64,000 nt of DNA, from NCBI GenBank assembly GCA_964491665.1, contig CAZBII010000005.1:2071-66070 (forward strand). The letters run 5' to 3'. Below are positions 28,791 to 37,561 of the stretch, one piece after another; within the stretch, counting starts at the first letter, position 1; each line of letters begins with the position of its first letter. The position numbers and the translations under genes were made by a program. The DNA is from an uncultured Moraxellaceae bacterium. Its GTDB lineage: Bacteria; Pseudomonadota; Gammaproteobacteria; Pseudomonadales; Ketobacteraceae. The notes beneath the pieces were generated by a model that did not search any database, was not told the DNA's origin, and saw only the letters and a list, made by a program, of their open reading frames with translations.

Positions 28791-29408
28791 ATGCCGCAAC
28801 AGTCCAAGCAGCCGAAGCAGCCGAAACAACCCACGCAGCCCCGCGCCCAGCGCACGGTGGAACGCATCATCGAAGCGACCCGCGCGCTGGTGATCGAGCG
28901 CGGGGTGGATGGCGTCACTACCAACAAGGTGGCCGAGCGGGCCGCCGTCAACATCGCGTCGCTGTACCAGTATTTTCCCAACAAGGAAGCACTGCTGGGC
29001 GCGGTGGTGGAATCCTATTTCCGCACGGTGACGCGGGCCGCCAATGACCTGCTGGATGCGCTGGGCGATGTGAGTGTGGAGGATTCGACGCGATTGTGGG
29101 CGCGACTGGCGGTGGAACAGTTCCGGGCCAACGGTGGCTTTCTGGCGGAACTGATGCGTAACCAGAACATGTTCATTGCGCTGCCGGCGGGGCGCGAGCT
29201 GGAGCATCGCCTGATGGAAGCCATGCGCCGTTTTCTGCTGCGCCAGCGCGACAAGCTCAGCGTGCCGGATCTGGAGCGGGCGATCTATATCGGCTTCAAC
29301 GCCTGTAATGCGGTGCTGACCCGGCATCTGCTGGAACCGGTGCCCTACTACCGCGATGAGGAAATCGTGGAGGAACTGGCGCGGCTGATGGCGCGCTATT
29401 TCTATTGA
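28791..29408 (+). CDS. TetR/AcrR family transcriptional regulator (paralogue B)
   Basis: MPQQSKQPKQPKQPTQPRAQRTVERIIEAT...TTNKVAERAAVNIASLYQYFPNKEALL is clearly paralogous to the regulator at 22515..23138. The listed start 28680 is a TTG and adds a Lys/Gly-rich tail. Confidence 0.75.
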   Translation: MPQQSKQPKQPKQPTQPRAQRTVERIIEATRALVIERGVDGVTTNKVAERAAVNIASLYQYFPNKEALLGAVVESYFRTVTRAANDLLDALGDVSVEDSTRLWARLAVEQFRANGGFLAELMRNQNMFIALPAGRELEHRLMEAMRRFLLRQRDKLSVPDLERAIYIGFNACNAVLTRHLLEPVPYYRDEEIVEELARLMARYFY

Positions 29409-29417
29409 GCGTGCGCG

Positions 29418-30884
<1,467 letters not shown>

Positions 30885-30974
30885 AAACAGGTGAAATGCT
30901 GAACGGCGGTGCCGGATGTACTACAAAAAAAGCGGAGGCATTGTAGCACGAACCTGTCGCTCGTCAGCGACCAT

Positions 30975-31436
30975 TCAGCGTGGTCGTGCGCGGGTGGTTA
31001 AACCCTTGATAAATCCGCGCAAAAGCTGATCGGAACAGGGCTGGAAATTCTTGTGGCCGGGCTTGCGGAACAGGGCGCTGAGTTCCTGCTTGGACAGTTC
31101 GTGTCCGGCCGAGACAAAAATGGCATGCATGTCCGCGTCCTGCAGCTCAAAGGCGACGCGCAGTTTTTTCAGGATCTGGTTGTTGTCGAGGGCGGAGACG
31201 GGCGCGGGATCGGCGCCCTGCTTCGGGCCACGCCGGCTGATGATCAGGCCTTCGATGAAGTGGGCCAGCTGCAGGTCGGAACAGGCCTGAAAGCCGTCCT
31301 CGTTGTCGTGGCGCAGCAGGGCGTGGGCCTGCTCGGGAGTGAGGCTGATGCCGGCATGGGCAAAGATTTCTGCCATGCCGGTCTCATTGGCGGCCAGCAG
31401 TTTGCGCAGGCTGCGCAGCAGTTCGTTGTTGTTCAT
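30975..31436 (-). CDS. DUF1456 (YehS-like) protein
   Basis: A two-repeat architecture with NELLRSLRKLL...EDGFQACSDLQLAHFIEGL and NQILKKLRVAFELQ...HKNFQPCSDQLLRGFIKGL matches E. coli YehS as recalled. Confidence 0.75.
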   Translation of the reverse strand: MNNNELLRSLRKLLAANETGMAEIFAHAGISLTPEQAHALLRHDNEDGFQACSDLQLAHFIEGLIISRRGPKQGADPAPVSALDNNQILKKLRVAFELQDADMHAIFVSAGHELSKQELSALFRKPGHKNFQPCSDQLLRGFIKGLTTRARPR

Positions 31437-31513
31437 GGGCCACCCCTGTGCCGACATCGGAAACGCGCGGGAGTATGGGGGCAAACCCCGCGCGCGGCAA
31501 GGCCCGCCGGGTT

Positions 31514-32248
31514 TTACAGATAGTGCACGAAATCCTCGCGCGGGAAGCGGTAGCGGCGGTGATAGATGCCGTCTTCGGCACGGCGGCCCACGCCCAGAAT
31601 CATGGTGATGATGGCATCCGACGGCAGGTTCAGCAGCTTGCGGGCGCGGTGATCATCGAAGCCTTCCATGGGGCAGGTGTCGTAACCGTGGGCGCGAAAC
31701 GCCAGCATCATGTTTTCTGCTGCCAGTGCGGTGGATTTCACCGCCCAGGCCTGCATTTCGGCAATGCTGTAGGGGCCGCGCGGCACCGGACGCTTGATGC
31801 CCGCCACCAGACCGGCGGCTTTCTTGGCCAGACCGAGCAGGCCCAGCGGACCGGCGTTGTAATGCACCGGCGCCACTTTCGAATAATAGGTTTTGACGAT
31901 CTTCGGCATGGTGTCTTCGGGCCAGTATTCGATATTGCGCGCCGCGTTTTCACGCCAGGTAGTGGTGCGGGCAATGATCGGAATCAGCACGTTGGCGGTC
32001 TTCGCGGCGTTCTGGTTCAGGCACGCGTAAGCCAGTTTCTTTTTCAGTTCCGGATCGCGCACCACATAGAATTCCCACGGCTGCATGTTGCTGGAATTGG
32101 GCGCCAGCATGGCCAGGTCGAGGCAGTCGTCGATCACCGCCAGCGGTACTTCTTCGTCGGTGAAACGGCGCACCGAGCGGCGGCTTTCCACCACCTTGCG
32201 GAATTCGTCGATATTGGTTTCGGGGGCCAGTTCGCGGTAGGCGGTCAT
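31514..32248 (-). CDS. Nitroreductase family protein
   Basis: Start re-picked at ATG 32248 (GGAG upstream). Blocks RRSVRRFTDEEVP and APNSSNMQPWEFYVV are present. Confidence 0.75.
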   Translation of the reverse strand: MTAYRELAPETNIDEFRKVVESRRSVRRFTDEEVPLAVIDDCLDLAMLAPNSSNMQPWEFYVVRDPELKKKLAYACLNQNAAKTANVLIPIIARTTTWRENAARNIEYWPEDTMPKIVKTYYSKVAPVHYNAGPLGLLGLAKKAAGLVAGIKRPVPRGPYSIAEMQAWAVKSTALAAENMMLAFRAHGYDTCPMEGFDDHRARKLLNLPSDAIITMILGVGRRAEDGIYHRRYRFPREDFVHYL

Positions 32249-32256
32249 GGGGTACT

Positions 32257-32287
32257 CCTGCAGGCCGGATGAATGCTGGCCTGCAGG
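32257..32287 (-). promoter_or_regulatory. Hairpin overlapping the ribosome-binding site of the nitroreductase gene
   Basis: 10-bp perfect stem CCTGCAGGCC (32257-32266) / GGCCTGCAGG (32278-32287) with an 11-nt loop. On the minus-strand mRNA the 3' arm runs into the AGGAG preceding ATG 32248. Confidence 0.4.
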
Positions 32288-32385
32288 GTAGGGCCGGCGC
32301 CGGGGCGCCACAATTGCGGAAACTGACAGGCTTTTGGTGGTTGCCGTCAATGCGGCGGCGCCGGAATGCAGGACGGATCGCTAGC

Positions 32386-33219
32386 TCATTGATTTGCCAG
32401 CACGGCGGCATAACCACTGCGAAAATCCGGATAACGGAATTCATAACCCAGCTGGCGGATGCGGGCGTTGGAGCAGCGTTTGTTCTGCGCGGCGCCGGGC
32501 ACGCTTTTGCGCACCGGCGCCGGCGCGCCCAACTGCTGTGCCAGCCAGTCACACACGGTTTCCTCGCTGGCGGGATCGTCGTCCACGCCCAGATAAACGG
32601 ATTCCAGCGCGGCGCCGGCTTCATTTTTTTCCAGCAGGAATTGCAGCAGGCCCACGCAGTCGTCCTGATGGATGCGGTTGGTGTAATTCGGCGGATCGCT
32701 CTGCACCTCGGCGCCATTCTGCACACGACGCAGCAGAAAATTGCGGCCCTGCCCGTAAATGCCGCCGAAGCGCACGCAGGTGGCCGGCACACCGCTGTGC
32801 AGCAGCAACTGTTCCGCCTCCAGCATGCGCGTGCCGTTGAAATTCAGCGGCGCGGTGATGCTGGCTTCATCCACCCACTCGCCGGCATCCTGTGCATACA
32901 CTGCCGTGCTGGAGACGAAGAAAAAGCGTTGCAGTGGTTGGCCGCGCAGCGCATTCAGCAGGTTCTTCACGCTGCCGGGATAGGCTTTCTCATAGCCCGC
33001 GTCGCTGCGCTCGGCCGGCGTGGCGGTATGCACCACGTAATGAATGGGCTGCGGAAAAATCACGGGGTCGAGCGGCCGGGTGAAATCCGCTTGGATCACC
33101 GGAAAAGGCATGGCCACGGCGGAGCGGCGCAGGCCGATAACGGAGTGGCCGGCAGCTTGAAGTCGCAGACCCAGCGCGGCGCCGATGCTGCCGCAGCCGG
33201 CCAGTAAAACGGTGGCCAT
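32386..33219 (-). CDS. NAD-dependent epimerase/dehydratase (SDR family)
   Basis: Start re-picked at ATG 33219, giving MATVLLAGCGSIGAALG (Rossmann GxGxxG). The upstream part of listed ORF 32386..33570 runs through a tandem repeat and is rejected. Confidence 0.75.
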   Translation of the reverse strand: MATVLLAGCGSIGAALGLRLQAAGHSVIGLRRSAVAMPFPVIQADFTRPLDPVIFPQPIHYVVHTATPAERSDAGYEKAYPGSVKNLLNALRGQPLQRFFFVSSTAVYAQDAGEWVDEASITAPLNFNGTRMLEAEQLLLHSGVPATCVRFGGIYGQGRNFLLRRVQNGAEVQSDPPNYTNRIHQDDCVGLLQFLLEKNEAGAALESVYLGVDDDPASEETVCDWLAQQLGAPAPVRKSVPGAAQNKRCSNARIRQLGYEFRYPDFRSGYAAVLANQ

Positions 33220-33240
33220 GGTTGGGGGTGTCCTGTGCAA

Positions 33241-33545
33241 GTGGGGTGGGGGACTGTTGTATGCAAGCGGACGGGCGTTGGCAAGGGGTGATTGGGCGTG
33301 GGAAGGGGCGGACGGCCCGTGGGAAAGGGGTTGGGGACCGTGGGAAGGCTGTCGAACTGCGTGGGAAGGAGTGCGGGTGCCGTGGAAAGAGGTGCGGGTG
33401 CCGTAGGAAAGGGGGCTGGCACCGTGGGAAGGGCCTCGGGTTGCGTGGGAAGCCGGTCGGGGCCGTGGGAGAGCCCGGAGGTGGCGTGGGAAGGCCTTCC
33501 GGTGCGTGAGAAGGCCTGTGAGGCCGTGTGGAGGCCCGGGGGGAT
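33241..33545. repeat. Degenerate tandem repeat, period 21 (20-21) bp, about 12 clear units plus 2-3 decayed ones
   Basis: The clear units run from 33298 (plus strand). In order they are GTGGGAAGGGGCGGACGGCCC, GTGGGAAAGGGGTTGGGGACC, GTGGGAAGGCTGTCGAACTGC, GTGGGAAGGAGTGCGGGTGCC, GTGGAAAGAGGTGCGGGTGCC and GTAGGAAAGGGGGCTGGCACC. These are followed by GTGGGAAGGGCCTCGGGTTGC, GTGGGAAGCCGGTCGGGGCC, GTGGGAGAGCCCGGAGGTGGC, GTGGGAAGGCCTTCCGGTGC, GTGAGAAGGCCTGTGAGGCC and GTGTGGAGGCCCGGGGGG. Confidence 0.85.
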
Positions 33546-33682
33546 CAGGTGGCGGCCTTGTTTTTGCCAATCAATCCCAGATGCGTATGGCCAAAACCCG
33601 CCGCATATTTCAGGCCGAAGCCCAGCGCCCGGTCAAAACCGATGTGGGAAATCCAGACGCAGAATAATCCGGGGGCTGCCAC
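33545..33682 (-). pseudogene. C-terminal remnant of a DUF4260-like membrane protein gene
   Basis: The minus-strand frame reads ...GLFCVWISHIGFDRALGFGLKYAAGFGHTHLGLIGKNKAAT*, with the stop at 33545-33547. This matches the conserved C-terminus of DUF4260 proteins as recalled (HIGFDR.LGYGLKY..GF..THLG). The frame has no ATG back to an in-frame stop at 33743-33745 and runs into the 3' end of blc. Confidence 0.5.
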
Positions 33683-33729
33683 TGACGCTTCCTTGCATGA
33701 TGAATTCCTTTTTTGTGGCGTGTGCTCAG

Positions 33730-34281
33730 TTACTGCAGTGGGTCATCTGCGTCCGGTCTGTCGGGTGATGAGTGCTTCGGGAATATCAGATTTTCAGTTG
33801 CAAAACCAAGTTCGCGGGCGCGCGTTATGAATTTGTCGATGACCTGCTTTGGCACGTTGGGGCTGCGCGCCAGCAGCCACAGATAGGATGTGTCGGGGCC
33901 CGAAACAAACGCATATTCGTAATTTGCCCTGTCCAGTTCAAAGATGACGTAAGACCCGTAAAACGGGCCAAAAAATGAGACTTTGAGATAGCCTGTATCG
34001 CTGCCCTCGACAAAATAGGCTTTGCCATTGGCCTCTTTCCATTTGCCACTTTGGGAAGAGTAGCCCCGGTTGACTACCGAAACGCCGCCGTCATCCCGCA
34101 GCGCATATTCTGCGGAAACATTATCAAGCCCGCGTTCAAAAGAGTGATCCAGTCTTGCGACTTCATACCATTTGCCCAGATAGCGATTCAGTTCAAATGC
34201 ATCGACGGGCTTAACCTTGTCTGGCATGCCCAGGCAGCCAGTGAGTCCCAGTGCAGTGATCAGTAACAATATGAGTTTCAT
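33730..34281 (-). CDS. blc: Outer-membrane lipoprotein Blc (bacterial lipocalin)
   Basis: GGAG lies upstream of ATG 34281. The lipobox is LGLTGC and the lipocalin motif is YLGKWYEVARLD. The gene is visibly more A/T-rich, with mixed third codon positions unlike its neighbours. Confidence 0.85.
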   Translation of the reverse strand: MKLILLLITALGLTGCLGMPDKVKPVDAFELNRYLGKWYEVARLDHSFERGLDNVSAEYALRDDGGVSVVNRGYSSQSGKWKEANGKAYFVEGSDTGYLKVSFFGPFYGSYVIFELDRANYEYAFVSGPDTSYLWLLARSPNVPKQVIDKFITRARELGFATENLIFPKHSSPDRPDADDPLQ

Positions 34282-34439
34282 GTTATCTCCGGGTTGTGGT
34301 AACTGGCGCCTGTTGGTACGAAGGACATAGCGCCGTTCAATAGCCAAAACTTTCCCCACCGTTTACATTCAATCGTCATGTGCTATCGTATGGCCAGCCT
34401 GCCACTCTGGCAACCTTCCTTGTTTGCGAGCGCTTGTCC

Positions 34440-35351
34440 ATGACCCTGACCGAACTGAAATACATCGTTACCCTCGCCCAGGAACGGCACTTCCGCAAAG
34501 CGGCGGAGCGCTGTTTTGTCAGTCAGCCCACGCTCAGTGTGGCGATCAAGAAACTGGAAGATGAACTGGATGTGGTGATTTTCGAGCGCAACCGTTCCGA
34601 TGTGCGCCTGACGCTGGCCGGTGAGCGCATTGTGGCGCAGGCGCGCAGGGTGCTGGAGGAAGCCGAGATGGTGAAAGTGCTGGCCGCCGAAGGCAAAGGC
34701 CAGCTCAATCTGCCGCTGCGCATCGGCGCGATTTTCACCGTGGGGCCGTATCTGTTTCCCCATCTGATCCGCAATATCAAACCTGTCGCGCCTGACATGC
34801 CGCTGATTCTGGAAGAAAACTATACCGGCGTGCTGCGGCAGAAACTGCGCAACGGCGAGCTGGATGTCATCATCATTTCGCTGCCGTTTGAGGAGCCGGA
34901 TGTGGAAATCCACGATCTGTATGACGAGCCGTTTGAAGTGCTGATTCCCGCCGGCCATCCGCTGGCGGCGCAGGAAAAAATCACGCGCAAGCAGCTGGAG
35001 AAGGAGCGCATCCTGCTGCTGGGTGAAGGCCACTGTTTTCGCGAGCAGGTACTGAATGCGTGCCCGAATGTGGCCAAGGCCGGCGATGATCATTCGCTGC
35101 CGCAGGGTACGTCGCTGGAAACGTTGCGGCACATGGTGGCGTCGGGATTGGGGTTGACCATCGTGCCCAGTTCGGCGGGCGACAAACATATTTACGATGA
35201 AAGCACGCTGGTGGAGCGGCCGTTTGCCGGCAAGATTCCCTATCGGCGTGTGTCGCTGGCGTGGCGCGAGCGTTTCTCGCGGCCGAAAGCAGTGGAAGCG
35301 CTGATTCAGGCCATTACCAGCTGTTCGCTGCAAGGCGCGGCCACTCTCTGA
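34440..35351 (+). CDS. oxyR: LysR-family hydrogen peroxide sensor OxyR
   Basis: MTLTELKYIVTLAQERHFRKAAERCFVSQPTLS. Redox cysteines occur in GEGHCFREQVLNACP. Conserved oxyR-recG linkage with a TGATG overlap. Confidence 0.8.
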   Translation: MTLTELKYIVTLAQERHFRKAAERCFVSQPTLSVAIKKLEDELDVVIFERNRSDVRLTLAGERIVAQARRVLEEAEMVKVLAAEGKGQLNLPLRIGAIFTVGPYLFPHLIRNIKPVAPDMPLILEENYTGVLRQKLRNGELDVIIISLPFEEPDVEIHDLYDEPFEVLIPAGHPLAAQEKITRKQLEKERILLLGEGHCFREQVLNACPNVAKAGDDHSLPQGTSLETLRHMVASGLGLTIVPSSAGDKHIYDESTLVERPFAGKIPYRRVSLAWRERFSRPKAVEALIQAITSCSLQGAATL

Positions 35352-37435
35352 TGCGCGGGGATTTTTTTGCCGCCACGCCGGTGACGCAGTTGCGCGGCAT
35401 TGGCGCGGCGCAGGCGGAAAAGCTGGCGCGGCTGAATATTTTCACCTTGCAGGATGTGCTGTTCCACCTGCCCTACCGTTATCAGGATCGCACGCGCATC
35501 ACGCCGATTGGCGCCACCCGTGATGGCAGCGAGGCGCTGCTGCAGGGGCGCGTGCTGCTTGCCGATGTGGTGATTCGCAAACGCCGCAGTCTGCTGTGCA
35601 AGATTGAAGACGGCACCGGCCAGATCCTGCTGCGTTTTTTTCATTTTTCCGCCGTGCAGCAAAAGCAGTTCCAGCCCGGCGCGATTGTGCGCTGTTATGG
35701 CGAGGTGCGCATTACCGCCAATGGCCGCGAAATCGCGCATCCGGAATACCGCGTGCTGGAGTCGCCGGATGTGCCGATCGAGGCGGCGCTGACGCCACTG
35801 TATCCCGCCACCGAAGGCATTCAGCAGACCAGCCTGCGTCGCCTGAGCGATCAGGTGCTGGCGGTGCTGGGCAAAGCGCAGCAGGTGGCGGAATTGCTGC
35901 CGGTGGAACTGATGCATCGCGCGCAGTGGCCGTCGCTCACCGAGGCGCTGCATTTCGTGCACCGGCCGCCGCCGGATGCGCCGGTGCAGGCGCTGCTGGA
36001 CGGCACGCACAAGGCGCAGCAGCGGCTGGCGCTGGAGGAACTCACCGCCCATCATCTCAGCCTGCTCAAATTGCGCGATCGCGTGAAGCGGCAGAGCGCG
36101 GTGCCGCTGCCGGCACAATCCCTGCTGGAACAGCAGTTTTTGCAATTGCTGCCATTCGCGCCCACCAACGCGCAGCAGAAAGTGCATCGCGAACTGTGCC
36201 GTGATCTGGCGCAGCCGCATCCGATGCTGCGACTGGTGCAGGGCGATGTCGGTGCAGGAAAAACGCTGGTCGCGGCGCGCGCCGCGCTGCTGGCGATCAA
36301 CGCCGGTTATCAGGTGGCGCTGATGGCGCCGACGGAAATTCTGGCCGAGCAGCATTACCACGCCTTTCTCGACTGGTTCGAGCCGCTGGGTCTGCGGGTG
36401 GCCTGGCTGGCGGGAAAACTGAAAGGCAAAAAACGCAACGAACAGCTGGCGCTGATCGAGTCCGGCACTGCGCACATGGTGGTGGGCACCCACGCGCTGT
36501 TCCAGGAGGAAGTGCGTTATCGCAATCTGGCGCTGGTGATTATCGACGAGCAGCATCGGTTCGGTGTGCACCAGCGGCTGGCGCTGAAGCAGAAAGGTGA
36601 AGCCAGCGGCATTGCGCCGCACCAGCTGATCATGACCGCCACGCCGATTCCGCGCACGCTGGCGATGAGTGCCTATGCCGATCTCGACACGTCGGTGATC
36701 GACGAACTGCCGCCGGGCCGCACGCCGGTGAAAACCGTGGTGATCGAAAACCAGCGCCGCAATGAAGTGGTGGCGCGGGTGCGCAATGCCTGCCGCGAGG
36801 GCCGGCAGGTGTACTGGGTGTGCACGCTGATCGAGGAATCGGAACAGCTGGAAGCGCAGGCCGCCGAGGACACCGCCGCGCAGTTGCGGGTGGTGCTGCC
36901 GGACGTGGCGATCGGTCTGGTGCATGGCCGGCTGAAGCCGGCGGAAAAGGCCGAGGTGATGGACCAGTTCAAGCAGGCGCAGTTGCAGGTGCTGGTGGCG
37001 ACCACGGTGATCGAGGTCGGCGTGAACGTGCCCAACGCCAGCGTGATGATCATCGAGAATCCCGAGCGGCTGGGACTGGCGCAGCTGCATCAGTTGCGCG
37101 GTCGGGTCGGGCGCGGCGCCACGGAAAGTTTCTGCGTGCTGCTGTACCAGAAACCGCTGTCGAAACTGGGGCGCGAGCGGCTCGACATCCTGCGCCAGAC
37201 CAACGACGGTTTTGTCATCGCGGAAAAGGATCTGCAGCTGCGCGGCCCCGGCGAGGTGCTGGGCACGCGCCAGACCGGCGAGATGAACTTCCGCATCGCC
37301 AACCTGCTGCGGGATGAAGCCCTGCTGGACGACGCCAAACAGCTGGCGGACTGGCTGCGGCAGAACAGTCCCGAGCGCACCGAACCCCTGATCCAGCGCT
37401 GGCTGGGCAATGCCGGCCAGTACGGCGAAGTCTGA
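35351..37435 (+). CDS. recG: ATP-dependent DNA helicase RecG
   Basis: Walker A GDVGAGKT and DEQHRFG are present. The helicase C-terminal block is QLHQLRGRVGRG. The start overlaps the oxyR stop. Confidence 0.9.
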   Translation: MRGDFFAATPVTQLRGIGAAQAEKLARLNIFTLQDVLFHLPYRYQDRTRITPIGATRDGSEALLQGRVLLADVVIRKRRSLLCKIEDGTGQILLRFFHFSAVQQKQFQPGAIVRCYGEVRITANGREIAHPEYRVLESPDVPIEAALTPLYPATEGIQQTSLRRLSDQVLAVLGKAQQVAELLPVELMHRAQWPSLTEALHFVHRPPPDAPVQALLDGTHKAQQRLALEELTAHHLSLLKLRDRVKRQSAVPLPAQSLLEQQFLQLLPFAPTNAQQKVHRELCRDLAQPHPMLRLVQGDVGAGKTLVAARAALLAINAGYQVALMAPTEILAEQHYHAFLDWFEPLGLRVAWLAGKLKGKKRNEQLALIESGTAHMVVGTHALFQEEVRYRNLALVIIDEQHRFGVHQRLALKQKGEASGIAPHQLIMTATPIPRTLAMSAYADLDTSVIDELPPGRTPVKTVVIENQRRNEVVARVRNACREGRQVYWVCTLIEESEQLEAQAAEDTAAQLRVVLPDVAIGLVHGRLKPAEKAEVMDQFKQAQLQVLVATTVIEVGVNVPNASVMIIENPERLGLAQLHQLRGRVGRGATESFCVLLYQKPLSKLGRERLDILRQTNDGFVIAEKDLQLRGPGEVLGTRQTGEMNFRIANLLRDEALLDDAKQLADWLRQNSPERTEPLIQRWLGNAGQYGEV

Positions 37436-37488
37436 TGAGGCGAAATTCCTGAAATTGATCCGGATACCGGGGACAAATCCACAACCGC

Positions 37489-37497
37489 TGCTAGACT
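37489..37497 (+). promoter_or_regulatory. Extended -10-like element TGCTAGACT (within CTGCTAGACTT)
   Basis: Lies 64 nt upstream of ATG 37562. The same 11-mer CTGCTAGACTT recurs at 40856-40866. A TTTACAA direct repeat at 37501 and 37511 follows. Confidence 0.3.
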
Positions 37498-37561
37498 TTC
37501 TTTACAAGCGTTTACAAACCGGTTTCCGGTCTCCAATTTCTATCCAAATCAGGTACAAGAC

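Noticed and set aside
33096-33422. Pro-rich ORF (PFPT/PLPT heptads) and other ORFs (33222..33509, 33292..33768) reading through the repeat array.
   Set aside because: All three frames on both strands are open here simply because the unit lacks stop codons. The 20-bp units shift the repeat phase, so no frame keeps a consistent peptide repeat. No RBS or family similarity is present. A decayed coding origin remains possible and is noted in the finding.
33298-33545. The 21-bp tandem array considered as a CRISPR array.
   Set aside because: The units are directly adjacent with no unique spacers, are far shorter than CRISPR repeat-spacer periods, and no cas genes are present.
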